This document shows positions 34,648-47,289 of a DNA stretch of 64,000 nt, one piece after another. The position numbers and the translations under genes were made by a program. This DNA comes from Azolla caroliniana. Lineage: Eukaryota; Plantae; Polypodiophyta. The DNA is taken from NCBI GenBank assembly GCA_043228905.1, contig JBHGNT010000004.1, positions 6,448,001 through 6,512,000 of the forward strand. Direction: 5' to 3'. The notes beneath the pieces are model-generated. The model was given only the letters and a program-made list of their open reading frames with translations, had not been told where the DNA came from and did not search any database. How positions within the stretch are numbered: the stretch's first letter is position 1; each line of letters starts with the position of its first letter.

Positions 34648-37245
34648 ACGTGTCATGTCACATCTTGCTAATGATAAGAGTCCTGGGTGGGATGGATTAA
34701 CACATGAACTCTTTAAGAAATACGTGATTAAGTTAAAGGGGCCTTTTACGATTTTATTTCAGAAGGTGTGGACATCAGGGGAAATGCCTCATTCTTGGAA
34801 GATTGGTTTGATCAAGCTTTTGCCGAAGGTGCCTTCTCCATCTCCATCTTCCTTTGCTCAATGGAGGCCTATTTCATTGATGGGGGGAATGTACAAGATT
34901 TTTGCAAAAGTGATGGCCAATAGGTTGCATAAGGTTTTACCTTCTATTATTCATAATGCTCAATATGGGTTTTTAGCAAAAAGAGACATTTTACATAATA
35001 TTTTAAATGTTCAAATGGCAATTGACTATGCAAAGGAGTCTAAACAAGAATTAGTGTTGCTACAATTGGATATTGAGAAAGCCTATGATAATGTGGATTG
35101 GTCATTTATAAATCAATTGATGTCTCATATGGGTTTTGGTGATCGTATGTCTAAGTTGATATACACATTAGGGGAGGGTTCGGTTTCACATGTGATGTTT
35201 AATGGAGGAGTAACCCAACCGATTTCTATTCGGAGGTTAGTTAGACAAGGATGCCCGGTAAGTCCTTTACTATTCACTATTGTGACACATCCTATTCTTG
35301 TTAAGTTACACAATATGGCTATGGGGGAAGAATTGCTTGGACTAAGGTTGCCATCAGGGAAGCCATGTATTGTTCAAGCTCTCGCAGATGACCATATTAT
35401 GTTTTTGGCACCTAATCGGGAAAATATTAGTAAGACAAGAGATGTGTGGGAATTGTATTCAAATGCTTCGGGGTTGAGAATTAATATACATAAATCTGTC
35501 CTCATTTCATGTACAGAACAAGATGTGTTAGGGTTGGGGTGGTCAGGAAGGATAGTACATCGTGGTATGATTTGTCGTCATCTTGGATATCCAATTGGGG
35601 TGGAAGTTTCTCATGTGAAACTTATTGAGTGGGTATCCAAAAGGTTGGAGGATAAGTTTATGTATTGGAGGTCTCAATTTTGGCCTTTTCATGTACGACT
35701 TAAGGTGGTCCAATCGATTATGATCTCTATGGTATCTTATTATCTTCCTTTGCTCCCATGGTCAAAGAAAGCTCTTGAAATGTTGTCACGCTCGATGCGA
35801 ATGTTGTTATGGAAAAGAAAAGGGAAAAGTGCCTTGTCATGGTTGGCATGGGATCATGTTTGTACTCTGAAGCGTCTTGGTGGGGCATCAATATTGAATC
35901 TATATGAGCATATGGTGGCTCGTCGATTTACTTTCATTCGATTCATGTTTGAAGGTGTACAACCTTGGACAGAAATGGTGGCATACTTTATAGAGAAGAA
36001 CGGAATAAAGCTTAGAAACATGAAGGTTGAAGCGAATTGGTGGAATGTAATTAATTCTGACAGGGATGTCAAATGTACAGGGTCTATGATAGTTAATCAT
36101 TTGTTGACATCTTGGCAAAGTATGTTGGATTTTGTGGAATGGCATCCCCCACAAGAAAGGGAATGTGCCAATTCATTACAAATGGAGGTTTTGGCAACAT
36201 CAAGGTTGTTGAGGTGGGAAGGTAAACAAATTCTTAACCTTCAATTTAATCGGATGGCTAGATTGGGTTTGGTAAGAGTTAAGGATGCTATGTTGGTTTC
36301 ACAAAGAAGATTAATGGCTTTTCGAACAATAAGATCAACATTTCGTATTCCAAAAGGTTATAACTTTATTTGGGATAAGTTGCAACAAATACTATCTTCG
36401 CATGAGCCAATTCCTGATTTAGATGGGCGATCTCAAGAGCTTGATTGGAGGTTTGTTGGAAATAAGAGATTGACTATGATCTCAACGAATGTTGCTTATC
36501 ACAAGTTGATTGACAAACATAAGTGGTTGGAAGAAAGGGTTATAAAGATATGGGGTTTTCATAAGCCCATTACTTGGTGGTTTCATGTGATCAAGGCAGG
36601 TTGGTGTTCTCGATTGATGCTACGAGCCAATGTATTTATTTGGAGAGTTATGGTTGAAGCTTTACCATTAGGGGATGCATTAAAAGAAGAAACATTACTA
36701 AAGGATTGTGTTTCTTTTGTTCGGTGGAATTGGAACATAGTAGGCATCGATTTATTTCATGCCCGATGGCAAGGATGGTTTGGAGGTGTATCAGTTTAGT
36801 GTGGATGTCTCTAACAGGAGTAAGTCTATCTTCCTTCAGTTGGGTTTTTGCACATATGGAGAACAATGAACCGATGCCTCATTTTCAAATTATTTTTGAG
36901 TTCTTGAGATATTGGGGGCTATGGTTCAATTGGAATATGCGGAATGCCTTCATTTTTTATTCACAAGTTGGGGTGAGAAAATATGTTCTTAAGTTAAAAG
37001 GACTTCTTTTGTGGCAATTGACAGTGCTAGAGAAGTCACAAAATCTCAACCAAGAAGAGAGAGAACTCTGCAAGGTCACATATCATCATATTCGCCATTT
37101 GAATTGGTGTGTAGGGTGGCATTGAGTTTGGTGTCGTAGTTTTCTTTAGATCCCTAGATAGAAGGGGTTCTATAGTTTGTTGTAAGTTAGTCATGGTGGT
37201 GTTTTTTCTTTCGTAATGAAAGCCATTATTTACGAAAAGAGAGAG

Positions 37246-37760
37246 ATAGATAGATAGATAGATAGATAGATTATATTATCGTCTTCGGAGATCAAATATG
37301 ACCTATGAGACCAAAAATATTACATTTCACGTGATACGTGTGAAAGTGAGTAGTGACTCTCGATGTTCAAGAACTTTACCAATGAATGTTGCAATCGAGA
37401 GTGCACATTGTGGTTGTGAGAGGAATTCATGCAAAGATTGGGCTCGATCGAAGAGATGTGGAAAGCATGGTCGAATATGATCAAAGGCAGAGCATTGTAT
37501 CAAAGTGTGATACTCAGACTCGCGAACTTGTTTAGGGCAAAGTGTGCATAGCCGACCACTCTCATCACTTGTACCCCAACGCCATGTTTCACATCGCAAT
37601 GCATGTGAGCTAAGTCGCATGGAAGCAATGGTTCGAATGGCAGATAACGGTATGGGCTCTAACATGTATGGATGTGTACGATTTCCCCGTTCCGCAAAGA
37701 ATATGGTTTTGTAGTTAGGTGCAACATGTGTAGTATAATGTGTGAAGCGTGAGCCTCCAC
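37246..37760 (-). mobile_element. 5'-truncated RTE/RTEX-like LINE 3' end with (CTAT)n tail
   Basis: MRLSSHALRCE...RLCTLC...ESEYHTLIQCSAFDHIR zinc finger; (GATA)n at 37246-37271. Confidence 0.75.
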
Positions 37761-37985
37761 ATTTGTGTGTGTCAAGTAAACGAAGACAAACCCCTACACA
37801 AAACACATACAGAAAAAACACACCCCTTCTGTACACAAATTAAACACACACATAATGTATAAACACACACTAACACATGAATGCACTCCGGCGTGGCTAT
37901 ACGGATATTTTTATACGTATACCGTATATACCCTCCTCACGTATACCGACCGTATACGTATGCCTGCCTGTGCGCGAGCTTAGCC

Positions 37986-38036
37986 ATGGCGAGCCCCCCC
38001 GCTGTTCGTCTACTCCAGTTCATCTCCGAGCAAGAG
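37986..38036 (+). CDS. PSME3IP1: PSME3-interacting protein (FAM192A/NIP30) homologue, exon 1 (MASPPAVRLLQFISEQE)
   Basis: GCCATGGC start context; GT donor at 38037; resembles the plant NIP30 N-terminus (RLxxFVSE). Confidence 0.82.
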
Positions 38037-38168
38037 GTACTCCATCTTCCTCCTTTTTTCCTTTTCTTTCCGTCTTCTTGGAACAGATGCAGTAAATCCC
38101 CCTTCTCTCAGTGACTTGCCGGACCCCCCCCCTTAAACACACAAAGCTGGGGTTTTGTTTCTGCACAG

Positions 38169-38246
38169 GTCGCTGAGATTCGAAAGAACAGAGGTGAGCG
38201 TGATGATGAAGGAAAATCCACTGTCCCAGACAGACCTTTGTTCGAG
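38169..38246 (+). CDS. PSME3IP1: PSME3IP1/NIP30 exon 2 (VAEIRKNRGERDDEGKSTVPDRPLFE)
   Basis: AG/GT bounded, phase 0; RGER...DRPLFE motif. Confidence 0.85.
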
Positions 38247-40033
38247 GTATTCTTCTCTTCCTTTCGCTCTCATTCTCATTTGATGTTCTTTTTATTCTAT
38301 TTTTTTGCATCATCTTTGTCTTTGGTGTTTTTATTTCTGTCCCTTTTACCTTTTTTTCCTTTTGATTCATCGCTGCTTTCATGCTTAATTGTTGTCCTGA
38401 TAAATGGAAACTTCAAAACCATAGAGTGCATTGGTAAAACTTCCTTTCTCCCATTACAATGCTGGTTCAACTTTTTGAAATTAGTTGATTGTAAAAACTT
38501 ATGAAGGGTACAAACTGTCAGGCAGAACTTCATGAAAATCTGCTGCAAAAACTCTCCTTCACTGAATCTTGAGTTGATTTTTTTAAATATTGATAAAAGA
38601 TACAACACCCAATAGCAATATATAAATTCTCTGCTGCATTGGTATTTCTTTGTCGATTTCCTATTTTTGAGGCAGGCATGAAAGGGAAACTTGACCAGAT
38701 ATTCCCTATATGGAATCACTCCTTCAAACACTGGAAGAATGAGAACTCATGTCTTTGGATTGGATATCATTTATAACGAGTTAGCATACAAAATATGTCA
38801 GAGAACATTTCACTCCCTTCCCTATCTGGGTACTTAGTATTTGAAAAAATGGTGTGCCTCATTCATTGGTTTGAATTTTTTTAAGCTTGTTGGTTGAAAA
38901 CACTAGAGGATCAACAGTGTCTGTAATAAATACCTACAAATCTCTGGAATTTCTTACAACTTCTCAGTACTTTATATATGAGAAGGAAATTTGATTAATC
39001 AGTACATAAAATTGTCCGAAAACTGAGTCTAGTTTGATAGGTCTGATTTTACTGTTGAAATCTAAGTTGGTGAAGCTCTTTTGAGTGCCTGAGTGTCACA
39101 CAATTTATGAAGTGGGTACTTATTCTAAAGATTATGAGACAATCATGAGTCAAAATTGGTATAACAGTATAAAGGTGTGAGAAAATCTTGAAGAACTTTA
39201 TGAAAAGCTTGTGTTTTCATTGAATATCAATAAAATCTACTTGCTTTCTAGCAATATTGAGCTTTGTTTGGTTGGTACAAATTAATCCTTGTTTATCTTA
39301 AAGGACTTTGTTGTATAAACATCCTGACATGAAAATTCAGGTATTTTCATTGGAAGTGCCATAAAAGATGCTCCTCTTTGTGTATGTGTGTCTTGGGATA
39401 CAAGAGACATGACAATATGTCAAATCTACTGTTGCGCTCACTATCAATGGATGCCCTTACTATCAAACCTTTTTTAGTGTCTATTTGCTAGGCAGTACTG
39501 TGTTATTATTTCATGAGCAAAGATAACCACACTCGAAACTATTTTCTACATATTACAGTTCTTCACCACATGTGGCAGCAATACACATAACTTAAAAGTT
39601 TTGCAAGAAGATATGCTATGAAAAAGACTAGTTGGATGGTAACTACTAAAGAAAATAACAGTTTTTTGGAATTCATAGACTGATATATACATACTAAATA
39701 CTGCATGTGATACATGCATTGTTGTTTGCTCTCATTTCACTACATACAAGAGAAAAGAAGTAGCTCTCTGCCACTAGGAAATTTTATCCTCTTCTCCCAT
39801 GTTGGATGTGAACTGGTAACTACTTGACATGAGAAAGCTACAAAGGAAATTTTATCCTCTTCCCCAATGCTTTTGAATTTCGCAATAATAGGAGGTCCAA
39901 CATTGAGGCCATATTCCATGGTTTATCTTTGTATTGAGTCACAGTACTTATATTGATTTTCTCACGGCTGATTGCTATTTCTCTAACTTTTCTTTTCCTT
40001 GTGGCTGATTGATTTAATTTCTTGTTTTTCCAG

Positions 40034-40091
40034 ATTTTAAAAGAGAATAAAGATAAACACCAAGCTGAGTTCAATGAACGTTTCAAACATC
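40034..40091 (+). CDS. PSME3IP1: PSME3IP1/NIP30 exon 3 (ILKENKDKHQAEFNERFKH)
   Basis: TTTTCCAG acceptor, GTAAG donor; conserved NIP30 core. Confidence 0.9.
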
Positions 40092-40838
40092 GTAAGACAC
40101 TATATCTATGAGGGTACTGTATCTATGAAATAACAATGCACTAGGAGACAAGTTGATGCAAGAGTTGAAACCCAATTAACAGATGGAGTGGCTTTTGGCT
40201 CCTCAGTAGTCTGGATTGCTATAGTTTAATGAGAATTTAGGGTTTCAGTATATAAAAGGTAAGTCACCCTTCTGCATAGTTTTTACTTAGTGATGATTTT
40301 TGTGGCCAGCTATGTCCTTTTAAGTGCACAACCCAGTCCTGTGGTTCATGCTGATTGTCTATATGCCTCGTATGGGAAAATGCTAGAGTAAGCACTCTCC
40401 TCCGAACTGAATACACCTGACTGGGGGCCTCATTAGCCAACTGTATGCTTATGTGTGTCAAGATCATTAATAATCATAGGAAATGAATAAAGGCATGGTG
40501 GGCATATCTAACAAATGTTGCAGTATGCCAGGTTTCACTAAAGCCGGGAAAATTACAGCTTACTATAAAGTAAGATTATGTAGGTATTTGTATGTAATAA
40601 CTCTTTGGTATTGCTGAAACAGTGCATCAATGATACCTTGGAGTGAGGGATGTTTCAATTAAGTGCTTTTGAAGCACTCCCCGTAAATGAGATTTATCTG
40701 GAGAATTGACTTTTTTTAATATGGTTGAAAAGTGTACTTTCATTCTGTGGCAATCTGTAGGTCCTTTGAGTTTTGTTTGGATAGTTCTATGATTTATTTC
40801 ATAGTCCCAATTTAACAATACGTACCTGTGCTCTGTAG

Positions 40839-40894
40839 GACCACCAAAGGCTCTTGATGAGGATGAGACCGAATTCTTAGAAAGCTTGGAGGCG
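40839..40894 (+). CDS. PSME3IP1: PSME3IP1/NIP30 exon 4 (RPPKALDEDETEFLESLEA)
   Basis: TGTAG/GTGAG bounded, phase-compatible; LDEDETEFL signature. Confidence 0.92.
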
Positions 40895-41044
40895 GTGAGA
40901 TTTACAGAAATTCCTATATATTATTGATGGAGGGAAACTTTACATTGGGGGTTAGAAAACCACAACGACAAATATAGATATATATATGTATATTTGGAGC
41001 ACTTTACTTGAAGCACGTGTTGATGATGTAGTATGGTAATACAG

Positions 41045-41107
41045 TACAAAAAAGAACAAGATACACAGTTGGCGAATGAAGAAGCGCAGGAGTTGCTAAA
41101 TTTCCAG
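41045..41107 (+). CDS. PSME3IP1: PSME3IP1/NIP30 exon 5 (YKKEQDTQLANEEAQELLNFQ)
   Basis: ACAG/GTA bounded, in frame. Confidence 0.85.
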
Positions 41108-41436
41108 GTATTAAATGAAGAAGATTACTAGCCATTGAGGAAAGCAACCAATACTAGCTGTTGTAATGGTCTCTTATCGCGTATTTTGAAATTGAAAGAA
41201 TACCTCTTGTTTTTTCCTCTTACTTATTTAAACTCTTTCTACTTATTGGTATTCATTAAGGAGATAAAAAAGGGACACATGCTCTTTACAATTAAAATAT
41301 GGTTAGTATGTATCTCTGTTAGTCACAGAGTACAACTCCAGTCTTCTATTGCATATGATTTTTGTATGTGAAATCTACTCACTGATAATATCTTGGGGCA
41401 ATGCTCAATTTAATCCTGAGGATCTGATGGATGTAG

Positions 41437-41508
41437 GCAGCGATAGCGAATAGGACAATCACACTAGCATCTGGAGAATCCAAGTTAACGTTCCAACCTC
41501 CAAAGGAG
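41437..41508 (+). CDS. PSME3IP1: PSME3IP1/NIP30 exon 6 (AAIANRTITLASGESKLTFQPPKE)
   Basis: GTAG/GTAAC bounded; continues the FQ-AA motif. Confidence 0.78.
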
Positions 41509-41794
41509 GTAACCACTACATTCCTTGAAACATTGAAATAGTGAATATACAAGTTTTTCCAAGATAAATTAAGAATCTTCTTAGTGATTTCATATTTTTT
41601 TCAAACTATGATGGTGGAGATTTCTTGCTATTCTTAGGTTATATGCATTGACGACTGTTTCAGTTCTTTTTATTAAATTTATCATAGGTCACAAGAAAAA
41701 ATGATGGGGTTGTGTTGAAATGTGAAAGAACCAGAAATGCTTTAAACAATAAATCTTAGACATTTCCCCCATGCTAATCCTGCATCGTAAGACA

Positions 41795-43400
41795 ATTGAA
41801 TTTAGAGGTTAAAGATGGCATACTAAAGCACTTACAACTCAAATATCATCAAATAAGGCAGAATGAACTAGTCCTAATGAACCAAGCCATTAAAGTAGAC
41901 ATAAAGAAAGGTAAAGAAGCCGTTGAAAAATGCACCTTTGCAATAAAAGACATTGAAATAAACTTGGACAGAGCTAGCAAACAATGCCAAACCCAAGCTA
42001 GCATGCTCAGAAAGAAAGAAAAGCAAATGCTCATTGGTTTGAGCTAGTGAAAAGCAAAAAGAGGCACCCACACATAAGTAGAGGCGATGAACACATTATT
42101 AGAAGGTAAAGCAGCAGTTGAAAAATGCACCTTTGCAATAAAAGACAGTATAATAAACTTGGGCAGAGCTAGCAAACAATGCCAAACCCAAGCTAGCATG
42201 CTCAGAAAGAAAGAAAAGCAAATGCTCATTGGTTTGAGCTAGTGAAAAGCAAAAAGAGGCACCCATACATAAGTAGAGGTGATGAACACATCATTATTAG
42301 AAGATAAAGCCAAAAGAAAATTTCGTGCATTTCATGTAGGAGTTGTTGGATGGGCAAAAAAAGAAGACCACAATGAAATGTTAGGAATCTTGGATTACGA
42401 ATCAGGGCATCAAATATCCCATTTACTTTGGCATGGAGAGTAGATAGAGATGAGTATAGACCTAAGACTAATCATCAGACTCATGGATTTAGAAAATTAA
42501 AAAGCTTTCCTATCCAAGAGAAAGTATATTTAGATGGAGATCTTTTGACAACTCAACTAGAACACTCTGGAAATAACATGCTACAACTCCTTGTGCATGA
42601 AAAGATGGAAAATGGGCTGCCTACAGAGATGGTAAGGTCAAAAGAGAGCAGCATGACAATTTATGGCTAATGAGGCCTTATACATGACTATATGGAATTG
42701 CAATGGCTCTCCAAGAAAGATATCTTCAAGAAAATAGATATTGTTATGCATACAAAGACCCATAAATGCATTGGCCATAAACACCCTGGTATACAGGGAT
42801 ATAGATGGAATAATGTCTCCTAGGAAGCATTAGAGGCTTTGATGGAGTGGTTGTGTTATACAAGAACATAAATATTCCTAAGTGTATAGAGACCCATAAA
42901 TGTCCGACTGTAAATCCCCCAATGTATAGGGATATAGATGGAAGTCGGTATGTGGTCTTTGACCACACATGCTAAGAAGAACTAGAGGCTTTGATGGAGT
43001 GGTAGTGTTGTACAAAGAAGAGCTTCATGATAGAGTATGTATTCTGCACCAGGATGTAGATGAATGCTTTATGTGGATACAAATCCAAAAGGGGATTGTT
43101 GAGAGTTACAAATTGCAATTTGCTACTTTTGACTTGTCTAATTGCAATTAGCATCTCTCAGAGAATCACCATATTTATTTTTGCACAATGATTTCGTAAG
43201 ATTTCATTGATATGGGGATATAATGCTGTTGAAGACTCCAATGCATGTACTAAGGATGAACTAACAACTTTATTTGATACAAGAGACCATACATGGGGAT
43301 GTTGTAATGATCTCAAGATATGCGCAAAGTAACCAAATGTGGTGAACACTTTGTAGTCCTTTGTAATGCAGACAAAATCATGATATATCTAAGTATGTTC
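41795..43400 (+). pseudogene. Degenerate RTE-like LINE ORF1 plus endonuclease with internal 195-bp tandem duplication
   Basis: AKRKFRAFHVGVVGWAKK and TIWNCNG motifs; repeat offset 41922 to 42117. Confidence 0.7.
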
Positions 43401-43459
43401 ACACCCAACTGTTACTTAACTAGGTTCACACTATTATAACTTTGTTCACACCAAAGCTT

Positions 43460-46400
43460 TCATAGGATACACATAAGTGTAACAAAAGCAGCAATAAATC
43501 CTCTTATTATGGGCTTTGCCTGTCCAGAGTTGTGATCCAAAGTTGTGAATGCCTTCTGAAAGCCTGCCTGTCCAGCTGAATGGCAGCCATTCCGCTCTGC
43601 CCCTATACTCAATTCTGACTCTAGAATCGAGCCATACAGTTTAGCCAAGTAATGGCCAATCATGATGGTCCTATAGTTTCTTGGCATCATGGGGTCTCCA
43701 CTCTTGAGGATTGGCACAATGGTATGGTAAGTCCATCTTGTAGGGAAACCTTCACACATGGCTCTATTAAAGATGTGTGCTAGCAATGAGAGCAAGATGT
43801 CATGGGTATAGATAAAGTGCTCACCAACCAATACATCATGATCCTGGGCCTTCCCAAATTGTAACCGATCAATGACATTTCTTACATTTTGTAGAGTTAA
43901 AAAAGTGGATTCGTGTGGGTGTGAGCCATGTGGGTGGGGAAGAGGAGGTTTCCCTGGGATATCATATAGGACCTTTGCATATTCATGCCACACTTGAGGT
44001 GAGGTCACTTGTGTGGTAGGTTGCCTCTCATTAAACATTTTCCATGCTCTTTTACTTTCTTGTCCTAGAAAGAAGTGATACAAATGATCTTCAAATTTAG
44101 CTAAATACAATCTCTTCTTCTTCCTTATGAGGTGTTGGAAGGTTGCTCTTGCTTGTTTGTGTGTATAAATGCCCTGAGTTACTTCACACTGCAAGCATCT
44201 CCTTGTATTACGACATTCCTCATCATACCGACTCTACCAAGTTTGTGGGGATAGGCCATTGTGTGAGGAGAGACATTTGTGGCTGCTTTATGCAATGATT
44301 TTGACAATCCTTGGGTAACTTCATCTAGGGGTACGAAAGGATCCAAATTTAGCATGCCATTGTATACTCCAAATTTAGCATCTTGAGCTTGTCGCTTTAG
44401 AACAACCTCTTCATCCATAGCTTCTCCATAAACAGTCTCGTTGGTGTCAAACATAGTTATTTGTTCATCCTTAGTTTGTGCATTGAAGTCTCCTAATAGT
44501 ATTATGTCCCCCATATTAGCAAATCTTATGATATCATCATACAATGGAAGATATGGTGATTCTCCAAGTGGTGTAAACCTTGAATAGGCACCTGGAAAGT
44601 AGCAAATCACAATATATAGTTCTGTAAGATGCTCTTTTGATTTGTATCCACATATAAAACATATCTACATGCTTAGGCACAACATGCACTCTATGATGGA
44701 GCTCCTTTTTGCACGCACAACCACGCCTCTAGAGCCTCTAGTGCTTCTTGGTATCTGTTGTTAGGGATGAGATATTGATGCTCATCTATATCCTTGTATA
44801 TTAGGTTGTTAATAGCGCTAGGCATTGGTGGGTCTCTATATACATAACAATATCTATGTTCTTGAAGTTATCTTCAAAAGACCCGACATCTGTGCTTAGA
44901 GAGCCATTGCAATTCCATATAGTCAAGTGTGAGGTCTCATTTTGTCACCCTTGAGTGCCCTTCTTTTGGATCGGAAAGCTTTTTTGTTTTCCATATCCGT
45001 GAAGCAGAGGATCAAGGCTTTAGATCCAAACTCATCTCTTCCCTCCCTCCACATTGAAGCAATTGGAATATCGGATGCCCCAATCTTTGTTTTGAGATTC
45101 TTGGTATCTTGTGGGCTTCCTTTTTTAGTCCAACCAACCACTCGTACATCTACTGCGCGAGCTACCACATCTTGCTTGGAATGTTGGATGTAAGATTCTC
45201 TCATTCGGTTGGGTTGTTGAAACAAGGAAATGGTTTAGAAGATGGGGTGTGGATGATCTTTTAGAGCTTTCGGGCGATGCTATCCATTATGTAATGATTG
45301 AGGAAAGGTTGGTGGAATCATTAAGGATGAAGTGGGAAGATGCTAAGAGGACAAAGCTAGAATACTACATTGCAAATGTCAACTCTGAATTTGGTCTCAA
45401 TATAAATCAAGAAGGCCTATTGATCGTATCCAACCTTATCTCATTATCAATATGGGTAGTAATGCTCGTAGAGCCCTTACACTACTTCGCACTCTATCGT
45501 ACAAGTTAGGTATTGAAGTTGCATCATGGTATCAAAATGTAATGAATCTGAAGACATGTAAAGTATGCAATGAAGGCATGGTTGAGGATGAATGTCTCTT
45601 GCTCTTCACATGCTCGAAATATAGTGCAATTCGTTCAAGATATGCTGATGTACTAAGAGGGAGTGATAACTTAAGTGCCATACTTAAGACACCACTGAGA
45701 AGGTTGAGCTCATATGTGTATGCTTTATTCACACATAGAGACTTTGTGCTTCAATGTATGAATACCCCTTCTTAGGAAGGAGATACATATCAAGAACACA
45801 TGTATACTCTGGTCCCATAGGTCAAAACTGGCCTCTTTATGAATGATAAAAATTCTAATTCTAATTCTAATTTCCTCTTGGCTTCTTTTTCTAATGTAGT
45901 GTTCATCATTTCCATCCTATCCACTGATGTTCCCTTTTGCTTTTTCACTACGTCTATCCAAGGAGTGTTTGCTTTAATTTCTTTTTGGGCATGCTCAGCT
46001 TGAGTTTTAGCATCTTTGGCAATCTCTACCATGTTTGCATTTCCTTAGTTACATTGGCTTCAACTGTAGAGACACATTTTCCCACCACTTTTCCTTTTTG
46101 TAAATCAACTTTTATAGCTACTAACTCAACCGTATTGGAGGACATTTCATCCTTATGGCATTACGTGATGTTATACTTGAACTCTAAGTTGATTTCTTGA
46201 GGTAGCTTGTGATGTCTTTTCGTATCTCTTCTAATAACTCAATCTCGAAAGAGGCATACAACTCTATTTTTTGTTTCTCTATCCTCTCCTCTTTTACTGC
46301 TCTTTCTATATCCTCTTTGATAAGATTGATCTCTTGCGTAACCAAATGGCATAATAGATCATGTTCCCCCTCTTCGACATCAAATGGAACGTCAGATGGA

Positions 46401-46930
46401 GCTTGCATTTTGGGTGCCTTGTGCGCCTTTCTAACGCTATTCGAGTGCTGCCATCCCCCTGTCCTTTTCTTCTATGGTATCTTCTTGGGGTCTTCCATAG
46501 ATTTGGACCCAATTTGTGCATGTTGGTATCCATACCTTGATTTTCTGTCCATTTAGAATCCATGGTGTCTTAGGACAACAAGTACAAGGTATGATTGGAG
46601 AAATGCAGAGGGTAGAGAGAGCAATGTAGAATCTAGGAATGTAGAGATTAAGCAAAGAGGACACATGTTAATTAGACATTGCAGAAAACGTAAAGGATCC
46701 GAGTTGGAAGAAAACACAAAGAATTAGATTTGGCAGAAAATGTAGAGGATCAGACATTGCAAAAAACACAAAGGGTGAGTTATTGCAGAAAATGTAGAGA
46801 GACATGGCCATTGTTCAACGCAGAAAGAAAGAAAGGAAGAAATATTAACGTCTTTTAAGAGGCCAAAATGGCCTATAAGACCAAATAAGAGATTACATCT
46901 TAAGTGTTGTCTCGTCTTTGAGAACAAATC
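43460..46930 (-). mobile_element. RTE-like LINE (5' UTR, coiled-coil ORF1, EN, partial RT), interrupted at about 45163-45870
   Basis: ORF1 TTLEKEAKRK|ARAVDVRVVGW split by an insertion; LLGDFNA; NYRTIMIG...QAGF. Confidence 0.78.
45163..45870 (+). mobile_element. 5'-truncated LINE 3' fragment with (TTCTAA)n tail nested in another LINE
   Basis: LRTLSYKLGIE...CKVCNEGMVEDECLLLFTCSKYSAIR; tail AATTCTAATTCTAATTCTAA. Confidence 0.7.
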
Positions 46931-47289
46931 AAAATAAAATAAATATTACACAGTAAATATAAAGTAATAAGATGAAAAGAAAAGAAATGAGGGAATTTGG
47001 TTTTTGGCACATGAGAGATTCTCAAGTTAGGTATATTGTAGCTTTTGTCTTCAAAAGATCTCTAGCATACGTCGATCCAGAATGGAAATGTCTCCGAAGT
47101 GAGGGAAGCACCTACAATGGCAGGAGATAATGGCTTTTATTTGTCGATGACAAGGGTGTCGAGGTCGTGGTCCATGGGGCCGGAGCCTACGTGCACAGCA
47201 AATTGCTATTGCCCCATCAATTGAAACCCCTTTGTTATATCCTGGTCTGGAGCCCATTTGTGTATCCCGTGATTGACTTGTAGCATTAT

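Larger units (their letters stand above)
32377..37125 (+). pseudogene. LINE ORF2 (APE endonuclease, RT, C-terminal zinc finger); stop at 32974, solo-LTR insertion, frameshift near 36690
   Basis: ITTWNMRG, MGDFN, SRLD; KSPGWDG, WRPISL, LDIEKAYD, RQGCPVSP, ALADD; CFFC...H..ISC. Confidence 0.88.
30760..37238 (+). mobile_element. Full-length L1-clade LINE (inactivated), interrupted by a solo LTR
   Basis: ORF1 plus ORF2 (EN-RT-zf-RVT); flanked by (GA)n at 30733-30758 and AAAAGAGAGAG at the 3' end. Confidence 0.88.
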
